A stretch of DNA of 64,000 bases from Sulfolobales archaeon (GTDB lineage Archaea > Thermoproteota > Thermoprotei_A > Sulfolobales > AG1), in NCBI GenBank assembly GCA_038867615.1, contig JAWBYA010000001.1, positions 416,001 through 480,000 on the forward strand, in the 5' to 3' direction. Positions 39,764 through 50,688 of the stretch are shown one piece after another (positions within the stretch are counted from its first letter, which is position 1; each line of letters starts with the position of its first letter). Below the pieces are notes generated by a model. The model ran no database searches. It saw only the letters and a program-made list of their open reading frames with translations, and had not been told where the DNA came from. The position numbers were made by a program, and so were the translations under genes.

Positions 39764-41344
39764 CTAGGTTTTCGTTCGGGTTCTGAGGTTTAGGATTTTG
39801 TATTCGTAGAGTAGGATTGGCTTGATGAGGGGCCATAGGATCTTGATCTTGCTGAAAAGGAGTTTGAGGATCTCTAGATCTTGGGTTTGGATCCCGTTGA
39901 TCAGTGGGAGTATTGTTAGGTATGTGATGAAGAAGACTAGGCTGCCGAGCGCGATGTTAGGGATGCTATGTAGCGGTGAGAGGTGGATGAATAGTGTGAG
40001 GGGTATGGCTGAGACTGCTGATGCTAGATAGATCCTTAGCGAGGATGATATGTCTAGACTTACACCAACCCTCTTAACCGTTATGAGAAGCCCGTAGATC
40101 AGCGAGATCAGGCCTGAGATCAGGATAGAGGCGATCAATCCCAGAACCCCGTAGAGCATTGTTAATACTGTGGCCAGGGGGATTAAAGAGGATGTGTTGA
40201 TAAGATTGTATTTAAAAACGATCCTCGTCTCACCTATACCCCTAAGCATGTGCTCCAAAACTATGGAGCCCAAGCCCGCATAGATGTAGATCAGAATGTA
40301 TATGGATAGATATGTAGGAGCAAGGCTGTAGGCGTGGCCATAGAGAACATACACTATATCCTCAGCAATAATAGCCATAGCAATAGACGTCGGGACAATT
40401 AGTAGGGCTGTGTATTTTACAGATAATCTGAAGAGTCTTTTTAAATCCTCACCATTAGGATCAACTTTAGCAAAAGCCGGGAAGAGCGTTGTGAAGGGAA
40501 ACGCTAGGATGACTATTATTGTTGATAGCGTGGTTGCTGCTTGGAAATTACCGATCTCTGTATTCGAAGTGAAGTAAGATAGTATGATGACCCGGTATTG
40601 GCTTGAGAGGAGCATTAACAGTGCGGAGAAGTATAGCGGGAGACCGTATCTAAGCATTGCTCTAAGGTTATCTGAGAAGCTTAGACTGGATAGGCTGTCA
40701 AGGCTTTTATAGAGCTTGAGTAATATGAAGATCCCGGCGATGCTTGCAACTGCATAGCTCAGTACATGGCCCGTGATTGCGCCCAGAACGCTGAAACCCA
40801 GCAATATGAGCAAGGGCGCCAGGAAGGTTTTCATAATAGACTGGAGGTTCATTAATAGAGCATTGTTCTCCATCCTGTCTAGACCGATAAAGGCCGAGCT
40901 TACTGTGGCGAGAAGGCTTTGGAAAAGGATTAGAGGTGAAGCTAACCTGATGTAGAAGCCCAGCTCGGGTCTATTCACTATAAAGGCTGCCAGGCTATCA
41001 GAGAATGTGAGGCAGAAGAAAGACATAGAAGCCCCGATTAGAAATTTGAATAGAAGCCCTGTCCTCAGAACGCTTGCCACAAGCTCATTCCTAGATTCAG
41101 CTCTAAGCCTAGCCGAATACCTAACTAAAGCCGCATCTAAGCCAAAGCCTATAAACCCTATAAGGAGCGAGGGTATAACGAGCGAGATACTGTAAACACC
41201 ATAGTTCTCGGGACCTAAAAGCCTAGCTATGATAATAGAGCCCACAGCCGATATTACCGTTGATAAAGCATTACCAGTTAGAAGGAATAGTCCTCCACGA
41301 ACAGCATCCTCAGCTATTCTGACAAGCTTGTTCGACGTGATCAC
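39764..41344 (-). CDS. Oligosaccharide flippase (Wzx/MOP family)
   Basis: IARLLGPENYG motif, many TMs, LFPAF. Confidence 0.88.
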   Translation of the reverse strand: MITSNKLVRIAEDAVRGGLFLLTGNALSTVISAVGSIIIARLLGPENYGVYSISLVIPSLLIGFIGFGLDAALVRYSARLRAESRNELVASVLRTGLLFKFLIGASMSFFCLTFSDSLAAFIVNRPELGFYIRLASPLILFQSLLATVSSAFIGLDRMENNALLMNLQSIMKTFLAPLLILLGFSVLGAITGHVLSYAVASIAGIFILLKLYKSLDSLSSLSFSDNLRAMLRYGLPLYFSALLMLLSSQYRVIILSYFTSNTEIGNFQAATTLSTIIVILAFPFTTLFPAFAKVDPNGEDLKRLFRLSVKYTALLIVPTSIAMAIIAEDIVYVLYGHAYSLAPTYLSIYILIYIYAGLGSIVLEHMLRGIGETRIVFKYNLINTSSLIPLATVLTMLYGVLGLIASILISGLISLIYGLLITVKRVGVSLDISSSLRIYLASAVSAIPLTLFIHLSPLHSIPNIALGSLVFFITYLTILPLINGIQTQDLEILKLLFSKIKILWPLIKPILLYEYKILNLRTRTKT

Positions 41345-41704
41345 TCACCCAAAGCATTCTTCCAGTCTTTTCTTAATACCCACGGTTATTAATATGCATC
41401 GCTCTGCCTATGAAAAACCCCTTCTATCTCTTCGGAAAATCGCAAAACATTTTAGGATTAACATGTAAATAAAAGTCGAAAAGAGCTTTTCCAAGCATTC
41501 AATCCCATCTCTAAAGACGAGAAATACCCCAAAGACTACAAACACTTTCTCAAAACAAAGGATCTTCAGGAAAAACCAACGATACCCTAGAGGATCAAAG
41601 CTTTCATTGTGAGGCAATAAGAAAAACCGAATCGCTCTGAATCCCGCATTTTAAAAGATCCTCATATATCAGAGCACTGCTAGCTCATAATATGATCTTG
41701 AATA

Positions 41705-42027
41705 CTAAACCATCCATGTTGACGGATCCACCTTTAACCCTAACTTCTCAAGAACTGTAATGCCGAGTAGAGGCTCAGGAGGCTCCATGATAGCTACGGG
41801 GAATATACCCTCCCTTATTTTTATATATGCTAGAGATATGCTTGCCTCAGCAACACGCTTATCAGTCAGCGTTAGCTTTGTCCTTGCGTACTCCCGGATC
41901 CCGAGATCCTCTGCAATATGTGGAGGAATAACAGTATAAAAAACCCTGTATCGACCAGGAAGTCAAGCTCCCTGACATATGTCTTATCAATGCTTTCTAC
42001 AAGAGCCCTAACTCTAACATATCCCAT
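41705..42027 (-). pseudogene. Clan AA aspartic protease (AF_0612-like), frameshifted at a T6 run (not in ORF track)
   Basis: MGYVRVRA...FLVDTG, then in the -1 frame YTVIPPHIAEDLG...EPLLGITVLEKLGLKVDP; 323 nt total. Confidence 0.8.
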
Positions 42028-42290
42028 GTTTTATACTCTATATAAAATAGGTAAAAATAGGACAACCCTATTGCTTTTCATTCGTGTTTCTGGTTATTCT
42101 ATCTATGATTGATAGCAAGTTTCGTATCTCCAGGCTCCTCTCGCTATACTGTGTTCTGGTTTAAATTTAAAATATATTTAATATTTAAGGCCTAAAATTT
42201 TGTTGTCTGTATGCTGCCTCCTCATAGCCTATTCCGTAGATTCTTAAGCTATGTCCTCCCTCTGTGATGGTGGGATTTACCTTAGTATTT

Positions 42291-43148
42291 TTAGTATGTT
42301 TGTCTAGTTAGCCTTGACATTATTAGTCTTCCTATGCGTGAGTCTTGTGTCTTATTAAATATGTGGGCGAGGGTTGTTCTTGTAAGTGGGTCTTCTCGGA
42401 ATTTGTGTATCATGTTTATGAGCCAGAGTGGGGGTGGGAGTTTGTATGGTGTTTCGAGGGCTCCTCTCTCGATCATGTGATTTATTTTTATGGAGAGCTT
42501 GAGTGCTGATTTGCATTTTAGCTCTTCTGCAAGTTTAAGGCTTTTAGCGCTTATCCAGCTCTTGGTTGTGATGTAATCGTTTAGCGTGTAGATCTGCTCC
42601 TTATATATGGCGTGGGATGCTGTGACGAGGGCTTCGGCGTATTTTTCGAGAACTCTTGCCTCGACGCCGCTGAATTCCGCGATCCCGGTGTGGTCTAAGA
42701 GCTTCTGGCCGTCGATGAAGATAATGCCCCCAACACTGGGTTGCGTATATAGGTCTATCATCGAGCCCCCCTTAGCTAGGGTTATGCAGTATGGATCCTT
42801 AACCACAAGCCTATACCCCAGCCCAGCGATGGTTTTAGTTATTTTCTTAGCCTGATCAGCTCTAACCAAAAGATCTATATCTGCTGGAACATAGCTTACA
42901 GGCTTAACAAGCTTGAAGAACGCGTAATCATAACCCCTCAGGATCTTCGACAAGACCCTTATAACCTCAACTACCCTCATCATAGCTCTCTCCTGCGAAG
43001 CTCTCAAAGAGCCCTCGATATTGAGGATCCTGAGTACATGGAGCAAAACCTTATTCCTCGAGGCAAACTCCACCAACATCACTGGATCTATATCTAGGCT
43101 ATGTCCCCTACCATCTAGAACATCGATTATCCTCTTAGTAAGAGTCAC
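42291..43148 (-). CDS. Uncharacterised nucleotidyltransferase-family protein
   Basis: FFKLVKP...PADIDLLV, LGY, IDLY, HAIYKEQ pattern. Confidence 0.7.
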   Translation of the reverse strand: MTLTKRIIDVLDGRGHSLDIDPVMLVEFASRNKVLLHVLRILNIEGSLRASQERAMMRVVEVIRVLSKILRGYDYAFFKLVKPVSYVPADIDLLVRADQAKKITKTIAGLGYRLVVKDPYCITLAKGGSMIDLYTQPSVGGIIFIDGQKLLDHTGIAEFSGVEARVLEKYAEALVTASHAIYKEQIYTLNDYITTKSWISAKSLKLAEELKCKSALKLSIKINHMIERGALETPYKLPPPLWLINMIHKFREDPLTRTTLAHIFNKTQDSRIGRLIMSRLTRQTY

Positions 43149-43187
43149 GGCATCTATCCCCCATTGTTAAACCTCCAGCCAGTATAC

Positions 43188-43823
43188 CTAACGCCTAAGC
43201 CTTATCCGGCGTTGAAGATAGCTCCAGAGCTCTGCTAGAGACTCCTCAACACTCCTGCCAGTCGTGTCAAGCTTAAAAGCGTTTAATTGCTTAGCCATTA
43301 TATCGTATAGCCTTAGCTGTCTCAAGATCTTGTTGCGACCCACATCATTCTTCCTCCTTAAGAGCTCCTCAGGCTCAGCTGCCACATAAACCATTATCTC
43401 AGCTCTTGATGCCAGCCCTAAGAGAAATCTTGCAGCAATAGAGTTCACGTAACGGGGATCCCTGGTGGTTAGCGCAACCCACACTATAAAGTCCGGAATA
43501 TATCTCTCAGCTATCACAGTATAGCCTAGAATGCTTGGAACAAGAAACTTAGCGAGAAGAACCGGTAACATGGATACGAATTCTATGAATTGCCACATCT
43601 TCTTAAGCCTCCTAGGGATGCGTATCCCATAGTATGGGTTATCAGAACCCCTAAACACGCTAAACCGTGACAGAAACTTGGCAAGCAGAGAGGCTGAAGT
43701 ATGTGTCCCCCTCATCCACGAAACCCTAACCCTGAAATTTTCGTTGTTTAGCCTTTTGGCTAAGATCTTAGCTAACGTGCTCTTGCCAGAGCCGTCTGGC
43801 CCAAAGAAGCAGATTATGGGCAT
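43188..43823 (-). CDS. Thymidylate-kinase-like P-loop protein
   Basis: FFGPDGSGKST, AERYIPD, LLRRK lid, LDTT. Confidence 0.8.
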   Translation of the reverse strand: MPIICFFGPDGSGKSTLAKILAKRLNNENFRVRVSWMRGTHTSASLLAKFLSRFSVFRGSDNPYYGIRIPRRLKKMWQFIEFVSMLPVLLAKFLVPSILGYTVIAERYIPDFIVWVALTTRDPRYVNSIAARFLLGLASRAEIMVYVAAEPEELLRRKNDVGRNKILRQLRLYDIMAKQLNAFKLDTTGRSVEESLAELWSYLQRRIRLRR

Positions 43824-43929
43824 TTTATATTAATTAAATTGATTCCGCAATTATCACAAAATACTCATACAGTACTACATTGGGTGTTACTTTTAACTCT
43901 TCGTGTGTGAGGGTCAGGATCTACCAACA

Positions 43930-44620
43930 TTACCGCTTTTGCACGTTTCGTATTGTTTGCACTAAATATAAGATAGAGCGGCCTAAATCATCTATCAGAT
44001 AAGGCTTTATTGAGAGCTTGTTAAACAAGAATTTTAGTAAGGAGCCTAAAATTCTTCTCAGCAATATCCTTCTTTTAGCTCTTTTTCCTCTGTAAACGCT
44101 GATCACCTTGAAGCTGTGATATTTTAGAAGAGCAAGGAGTTCACCTAAATAATATTCCTTTTATGTTGAGGATTAAGAGGGTGTGGCAGTAGCGGTGAAC
44201 TATACATTTTATTTGGGGTACTAAGAATCAACCTTCCCCCTCTTTCTAAGACACGTTTGATCTCATTAAGAAAAGCATTATGATCTTCTATATGTTCTAG
44301 CGTCTTGAGGGAAACTACTGTATCAAAGCTATACTCTCCAAAAGGAAGGTGTGTAGCATCCGCGCATACACAGTCAGCACCGTAAACCATTCTCCCATAT
44401 CGGAGGGAATCTACATCCAAATATCCAAATCTACACTCACGACGGCTTTAACAGCACTACTCCTTCTTAGGATACTAGACCCACAGCAAGTGCCTGATGC
44501 AACATCTAATACTATTCCGTAGGCAAACTTAGAGGCAAATAAATATCTTGAAATATGCTCACTAGCTGTCTCGTTGCTACACCATCTGAGCAAGATAAGT
44601 TCTGGGATTTTGGTGTCGGG
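43930..44620 (-). pseudogene. Class I SAM methyltransferase broken by frameshifts; 5' boundary approximate
   Basis: EHISRY, VLDVASG, DATHLPF, TLEHI, STPN spread across frames; 8-bp tandem duplication at 44415-44430; second shift near 44160. Confidence 0.8.
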
Positions 44621-44657
44621 ATCTATAGGATTTTCCGGACTAGGTTAATAAGTTCGG

Positions 44658-45407
44658 TTATTTCGTCTCACCCATTAGTTGTTCCTTTATTAGTTGGTGC
44701 ACTTTTTCTGGGGTTTGCTTACTTGTATTCACGTAGAGTAGACCATTAGATGAAAGCTCTTTTGAAACTTGGAGGAGTAATGTGCGTTGTATATTTATAT
44801 AATCGCCTCTTTCATCGGGACTTCCTCTGCGTTTCCAACGATGCTTTAACTCGCTGTTTTCAGCGTCTAAGAAAATTATCTGTGTGAAGCCTCCTAGCTG
44901 CATGAGCCTTAATAGGAAAATAACGGTGAAAGATCGAGGTCTAAGCGACAATCCTATGGTTCTACTCAAATATAAGTAATCAGATATTGTAGCTGGGATG
45001 TACTCTTCCACAAGTATAGTGTAGCCGAGCTTTAGAGGGATATATATGTTAAAAAGGAACTTCAGAGAGACACTAATAATATCTAATGCTAGCCATAGCC
45101 TGAAGATCCTCCTAAAGATGTGAGGTTTCTCTGCAACAAGAGCTCCTATCGGGTATAGATCTCTTCTCCTAGTAAGCATCTTAGCTAAGAGAATCGTTAG
45201 AATGTAAGCAAAGACGTGTCCCGATTTCAGGAAGGTTACTCTAACTTTAACCCCTCTACGTCTTAGCTCTGAGGCTAAAAGCCGCATATGTGTCGACTTT
45301 CCAGACCCTACAGAGCCGGAAAACACTATTATACGCATGCGAAACACCATTATAGCATACACTCGATCTATGGTGTCTAGTAAACTGCCATAGTGCTTAA
45401 ATAACAC
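44658..45407 (-). CDS. Second thymidylate-kinase-like P-loop protein (start probably at MRIIVF)
   Basis: FSGSVGSGKST, VEEYIP, IFLDA, RWKRRG. Confidence 0.75.
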   Translation of the reverse strand: MLFKHYGSLLDTIDRVYAIMVFRMRIIVFSGSVGSGKSTHMRLLASELRRRGVKVRVTFLKSGHVFAYILTILLAKMLTRRRDLYPIGALVAEKPHIFRRIFRLWLALDIISVSLKFLFNIYIPLKLGYTILVEEYIPATISDYLYLSRTIGLSLRPRSFTVIFLLRLMQLGGFTQIIFLDAENSELKHRWKRRGSPDERGDYINIQRTLLLQVSKELSSNGLLYVNTSKQTPEKVHQLIKEQLMGETK

Positions 45408-45629
45408 TCTTTAATTTTATTACCATAAATGCGCTCCCGGTAACGGAACAAACTTTGTTGTTAACCTTAGGATCTCCATCGTAATACACTATATTCTAGC
45501 TAATGTTATTTGCCTTATTACCTATTATGAGACTAGCAAGTTTAATTGTGAAAATTACGCATTCTAGATAGCTATCTCTTAGCTGTTATAGTTAAACCAC
45601 ATAACCTTCTACTTCCAATAATATTACAT

Positions 45630-46829
45630 TTATGAGAATACCCTTACCAGTTTCGCCTTTATTGATTCTAGATCAAACTTTTTAATCGTTACCTCTCTTA
45701 ATTTTAATCCGACATCTATGAGCTGTTCTTTATTTAGCGAAAGCACGTATTCCACAGGTCTTATAAATTCGTCAACATTGTCCGGCGAGAATAGCATGCC
45801 CTCAGCGAATGTTCCCTCAACGATCTCTGGCACACCACCTACCTTTGAGGCTATTGGCAGGGTTCCCATGACCATTGACTCTATGATAGCATAAGGTAGG
45901 GGTTCTTCTGATATTGAGGGGAATAATAGAGCCCATAGGTTCTCATGTAATTTGAGATAGTCCTGGTGGCTTAGTCTTTCCATGATTATGAGTTTTGAGG
46001 TCTTTTTCTGTATTTTCTTAAGGGCTTGTAATTCTCGCTTTCTAAATGGCCTGCTACCTGAGATTACATATAAGGTTGCTCTGGTTTCCCTCAGGATCCT
46101 GGGTGTCGCATTTAAAAGGATGCGAAACCCCTTAACATAGCTTGCTCCGCCGATATATGCTAACTGGGGCTTCTCTGATGGCTTCTTATCTATGTTGGGG
46201 ATCTGGGGGAGGGGGTTGTATATGACGTGGGCTTTCTTCATGATGTCTCCTAAATGTTGCCTTAGTATTTCAAGCTGTGCTTTGGAGACTGTGATAATCT
46301 TGTCTGAGTAGTATAGTGCTAAAGTGTTTATAAAATTCAGAGGGCTTATGAGGCCTGTGAGCAACGCTCTTACAAGGCTTCTGTTTTCTAAGTATTCTAT
46401 CATAGCCTGGGATGCTGGAGTGATCCTAGAGCCTCTCATATATATTGAGGTGTAGCTTATAGGCTGGTAGTTGTGGAGGTGAACGATAACCTTAACTTTA
46501 GGGTTAAGCCTCTTAGCCGTTATAGCTAAGGGTAATAGTGTGTGGGATGGTATATAGACAACCTGGGAGCTTTCCACTATTTTTCTGAAAGCCTTAAAGC
46601 TGAAGAATAGCCTGAACCACTCGAAGGGTTTAAAAGGAGTCCTTAATAGAGAATAATAGATATACTTGCACACTCTAAGAATATCCTGGCTTGGATCTTC
46701 AGTCCCTGAGATTATAGTAACGTCAAAGTACTCGGGGAGCATCTTAATTATGAGATATGTAGCTAGCTCGCCACCACCTCCTTCAGGCCAGAAAAGCTTA
46801 GAGAAAACCGTAATCCTGGGTTTCACCAT
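45630..46829 (-). CDS. Glycosyltransferase family 4
   Basis: PEGGGGE, HLH, KG, EPLPYAIIESM (EX7E), VGGVPEIV. Confidence 0.9.
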   Translation of the reverse strand: MVKPRITVFSKLFWPEGGGGELATYLIIKMLPEYFDVTIISGTEDPSQDILRVCKYIYYSLLRTPFKPFEWFRLFFSFKAFRKIVESSQVVYIPSHTLLPLAITAKRLNPKVKVIVHLHNYQPISYTSIYMRGSRITPASQAMIEYLENRSLVRALLTGLISPLNFINTLALYYSDKIITVSKAQLEILRQHLGDIMKKAHVIYNPLPQIPNIDKKPSEKPQLAYIGGASYVKGFRILLNATPRILRETRATLYVISGSRPFRKRELQALKKIQKKTSKLIIMERLSHQDYLKLHENLWALLFPSISEEPLPYAIIESMVMGTLPIASKVGGVPEIVEGTFAEGMLFSPDNVDEFIRPVEYVLSLNKEQLIDVGLKLREVTIKKFDLESIKAKLVRVFS

Positions 46830-46886
46830 CTTTAGACCCGTTTCAAGAACTTCTTAGTGAGATTGCATTTAAATTTCTATATGTGG

Positions 46887-47903
46887 TTAGATGAACATCC
46901 TTTTAATGCTGAAGCCGTAACCTTTTAGCCTCTCTATTAGTGTGGGTTTATAGCTTGCCATCGCTATAGTACAATTTCGTGCAAGATCTGTTAATTCTTT
47001 TTTATCAAATATTATAAGGTTTTCCCCTGTGGAGCCTATAACAATATCTTTTCCCTCGGCTATTGATACGTGATAGTTGAAGTTGGGGTCAAACCCTTCT
47101 ATATGAGCTACACACCACGTTTTAAGATCCTTGGATACCAGGAAGGCTTGCGGAGCGCCTAATGCCGCCATCCAGATACCGTTATCAAGGAGCTTTAGCT
47201 CACTTATCTGGGCAAAACCAACATTAGCATCATACCATCTAAGAAAGATGAAATCCCAGCGACCCTCACCAGGATAGTATATACCTACGCCTCCCCTCAC
47301 AATCCCAGAGTCCATCCCGAACACTATCCTATCCTCCAGCACCTCTATCGGCACGAACTGCCACGGACCTTTGTATAAAGGTTTCCAGGTATTGCCGAGA
47401 TCCTCAGAGTAAGCAGCTCTAGTTAAACATCCATCACCCAGAGTCGTGATCAGCCATCTTCTGTAAGCGTCGTAAGCTATACTGTGAAAATGTTTCGAGG
47501 ATCGATCGATTTCCATGTTCGTTATAAGCCTTTTCCAATCCTCTAGATCCTCAGATACGTATATGCCTGTAGGAGCCTCGCCGTATTCGTGTACAAATAT
47601 CCTACCCTCAGCCTTGATAGCATGCCAAAAGAAGTTCTTTGGATTAGAAGCTTTTAATACCAATTTACCTTTATGTTCCTCCATTAAGTAAAGGTTATTG
47701 TCTACAGAGACAAGGTATCTATCTCCAATTCCTAGTATAAAGCCTATGGATCCATTAAACCTTGCCAGGTCGATTACCTTTCCTAGATCGATATCAAGGT
47801 AACTTAAAGTTAAACTTCCATTTCTCATAGTCAAAGCTATAGGCTCGTCATTAATAACGTTCACACTTAAAGCGTTTAAACTGAGTATCTTCATGCTACT
47901 CAA
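46887..47903 (-). CDS. Hypothetical beta-propeller (BNR/Asp-box-like) protein
   Basis: SEDLEDW, SEDLGNTW, SKDLKTW Asp-box-like motifs; HEYG, KHFHSIAYD, TLGD, FGMDS. Confidence 0.65.
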   Translation of the reverse strand: MSSMKILSLNALSVNVINDEPIALTMRNGSLTLSYLDIDLGKVIDLARFNGSIGFILGIGDRYLVSVDNNLYLMEEHKGKLVLKASNPKNFFWHAIKAEGRIFVHEYGEAPTGIYVSEDLEDWKRLITNMEIDRSSKHFHSIAYDAYRRWLITTLGDGCLTRAAYSEDLGNTWKPLYKGPWQFVPIEVLEDRIVFGMDSGIVRGGVGIYYPGEGRWDFIFLRWYDANVGFAQISELKLLDNGIWMAALGAPQAFLVSKDLKTWCVAHIEGFDPNFNYHVSIAEGKDIVIGSTGENLIIFDKKELTDLARNCTIAMASYKPTLIERLKGYGFSIKRMFI

Positions 47904-48255
47904 AGACGAATACGTAATTTCTTTTCATAATTATGATTATATATTCATGTTCATGATTCTAATTTATATGAGATAGCCCTAAAAGGTAACTTTTTAGTTT
48001 TATTAATCAAATGTCTAACAAGGGCCTCTTTACATAGAGAATATGTTACTATCAAATGTGATCTGTTTACTTCGCCAGATAATAGAGAGCCGTACTGGAT
48101 AGAATTCCTTTCTTCAGCTAAAGAAAAATTTAAGAGAGGAGGCAGATTTCTAAACCTTAAAAATATGCCTATTAACAACATTGATGTTAATTGCAGTTAA
48201 TAAGCTTAAAAGCTTGTCAGGCATATTAATTATATTCATAGATCTTCACAGTCGT

Positions 48256-49431
48256 TTATCGTACAACTGACTCTATGGACTCTATGATATGTTTCATAGC
48301 TAACCCACATTTTCTTGCTGAAAAGAAGGAGCTATAGGCTTCTTTAGCGCCCCAAGCAAGATCTTCAAGCAATATGTCATCTTTAAGCAATTTTCTAACT
48401 ATGTTAGGATATTCTAGGTAATTATTTAATATAAATATATGATATAAATGCTTTAACTTATTATGTAACAGCTTAGCAATACTGTTTGTAAGAATAGGTT
48501 TTCCATAAAATAAGGCTTCAAGAAGCCTGTTGCTCACAGATCTAAAAAAGATAGGAATTACAACTAAACGTGCATGCCGGTAAAGCACCCTAAGCTCGTC
48601 ATCTGAAAGACCTCTACCAGCAAACAAAAGATTCTTTGGTAACAACTTTAACCCAAACTTTTTCCTAGCTTCTTCGACAGTTCCACCTGCAATGATAACA
48701 TTGATCTCTGGATATTTTTTTGCAATTAAATATAAGATTCTGAAGAGCATCTGCTCCAGTCTAAATACGCTCCCTGTTTTGCTCATAGTAACAAAACTGA
48801 AGACGTAATCCTCATTTTCAGCTAGCTCTCTTACCCTCGGTGATATATAGCCATCATTGTTATAAAGTGCTGCATAGGTGGGATAAATCACATTTAGCTT
48901 CTTGAATAATGGCAGTCTTCTCAAGAACTTTGCTGTGGAATCATCTAAGACCACTAAAGCTTGAGAGCTCCAGATCTGCATTAAACTATGCAATATGCTA
49001 GGGTAAAAGTTCAGTAGTTCCAAATAATTCTTACCATAAATAATATGGTCGACTAGCTTGTTTGCCCTAATACCCCATACTCGGAGAATTAAAGGTATAT
49101 TAGATTTCCTTGCAATATAGTAGGCTATATAAAATGGTATTGAAGGAGTGACTATAGCAATATCGAAACATTCCTTTTCTATAATGGTTGGAATTAGTTT
49201 TTTAGAAGAAAGTATTGCATGTACCAAAGAAGAAGTGTGTGTAGTTTGTATCATTGGAACTCTTACTACTCCACTATCGATAAAGACGGTCTTTTCCAAT
49301 AATGGTTCATATGTAGTTCCTAGGTGCACATAAAGCACCTCATAGCCTTGCATTATGAGAGAGGCAGCACAACCTAACTCGTGCCTAATCTCACTTCCAA
49401 CGTGAAGAATTCTCAAACGCCTCTTTGCCAT
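48256..49431 (-). CDS. Glycosyltransferase family 4 (divergent)
   Basis: RILHVG start; LVVIP...SNRLLEALFYGKPILT. Confidence 0.8.
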   Translation of the reverse strand: MAKRRLRILHVGSEIRHELGCAASLIMQGYEVLYVHLGTTYEPLLEKTVFIDSGVVRVPMIQTTHTSSLVHAILSSKKLIPTIIEKECFDIAIVTPSIPFYIAYYIARKSNIPLILRVWGIRANKLVDHIIYGKNYLELLNFYPSILHSLMQIWSSQALVVLDDSTAKFLRRLPLFKKLNVIYPTYAALYNNDGYISPRVRELAENEDYVFSFVTMSKTGSVFRLEQMLFRILYLIAKKYPEINVIIAGGTVEEARKKFGLKLLPKNLLFAGRGLSDDELRVLYRHARLVVIPIFFRSVSNRLLEALFYGKPILTNSIAKLLHNKLKHLYHIFILNNYLEYPNIVRKLLKDDILLEDLAWGAKEAYSSFFSARKCGLAMKHIIESIESVVR

Positions 49432-49443
49432 TATTTTAAAATA

Positions 49444-50688
49444 TTAGTTTTTTTCTTTTGTATTAAAAAGTTTTTTAATCTTTTTAGTTATGTTTAATAA
49501 TGGTTCTAATTTGAGTTCGTAGGCTATTCTAAATAATGAATTTTGAATCACCGAATATCTCAGATTTTTCTCTATTAATTTTGATAAAGTAGCATTCCTT
49601 ATACCTAAAATATTATTTTTATCAGCTAATTGTATCTCTTTCCAGAGTATAAGGTCAATCATATTTAGACGTATGTTACTGAGTCTTCCTTTAATGTTCA
49701 TGTTAAAGAAAGGAAAACCCCAATCGACGGGATTCTGTCCTAGTATCATCAATTCTGCTATAGTACGTAAGCATTTCTCACATAATCCACAGTTGTAAGT
49801 GCCTTTGCTGGCGAAACATACCCTTAATCGAGGTTGAAAGTTAAACTTCTTTGCATAATTTATTAAGTATGAAAGCTTATGAAGACGGGTTTGACTTTCA
49901 CTTCTAACCTCTATTCCACCAAATTTAATACTTTCATAAATCATTTTATAATCGGCCCATGGAAACCATTTAGAAAAAATGTCTGGCAAACCAGCAGCGA
50001 TATAAACTTCTTTAACTCCATTTATAAAAGCAACTGGTATAATTAAAGCTACTGTTGCTATCGAAGAAGCTAAGCCTCCCCAAAAATCGTTGTACCTTAA
50101 ACGAGTAAATGAAAAAATGTCGAGTTTCTCCATAGCAAAAGGGCTTACAAATGTTACTAAGTTCCAAGAAAGATTAAAAACTTTACATATTTGAGTAATA
50201 TAATTAATGGTTTCATGGATTTTCCTTAAATCAAACAACTCTATATCTGTTCCCCAAATAATCGTCAGAATAGGTCTTTTTGATTCAGAGAGTAACTTAA
50301 ATAATAGGTAGGTGCTATAAACTCCCCCACTAAAGGCTAAAAGAGCACCTGTTCTCGTAGCCGCAGAATTGCTTTCTTCCTGCTTTACATCAATGATATC
50401 ATTATCATAAGGAAGACTTGGATACATTAAATGAAAGATTTTCGCGAGTCTTTGAAGACTATATAAAAAATCTCTATCTAAAACATCAACACTTATTCCC
50501 TCCCCAGAAAGGAGAGCCAACGGAAAGAGAATACCAACTCCTACAGCATTTACTAAACTCTTAGGGATGTCTTCAACGTTCAAATCATATTTGACGAAGA
50601 AATGCGTTCTTAGGAAATTCTTAGTTTTGCCGTCGGGAATTATCTCAAGAAAAAAATTATTCTTTTTAACTTCTGTGAGTACCTTCAT
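49444..50688 (-). CDS. Hypothetical protein with PP-loop-like motif and Cys cluster
   Basis: AFSGGVYST, WGTD, LRVC, NCGLCEKCLRT. Confidence 0.6.
   Translation of the reverse strand: MKVLTEVKKNNFFLEIIPDGKTKNFLRTHFFVKYDLNVEDIPKSLVNAVGVGILFPLALLSGEGISVDVLDRDFLYSLQRLAKIFHLMYPSLPYDNDIIDVKQEESNSAATRTGALLAFSGGVYSTYLLFKLLSESKRPILTIIWGTDIELFDLRKIHETINYITQICKVFNLSWNLVTFVSPFAMEKLDIFSFTRLRYNDFWGGLASSIATVALIIPVAFINGVKEVYIAAGLPDIFSKWFPWADYKMIYESIKFGGIEVRSESQTRLHKLSYLINYAKKFNFQPRLRVCFASKGTYNCGLCEKCLRTIAELMILGQNPVDWGFPFFNMNIKGRLSNIRLNMIDLILWKEIQLADKNNILGIRNATLSKLIEKNLRYSVIQNSLFRIAYELKLEPLLNITKKIKKLFNTKEKN

Noticed and set aside
47951-48181. 76-aa ORF in AT-rich spacer DNA
   Set aside because: No motif or RBS; possibly a gene remnant but not supportable
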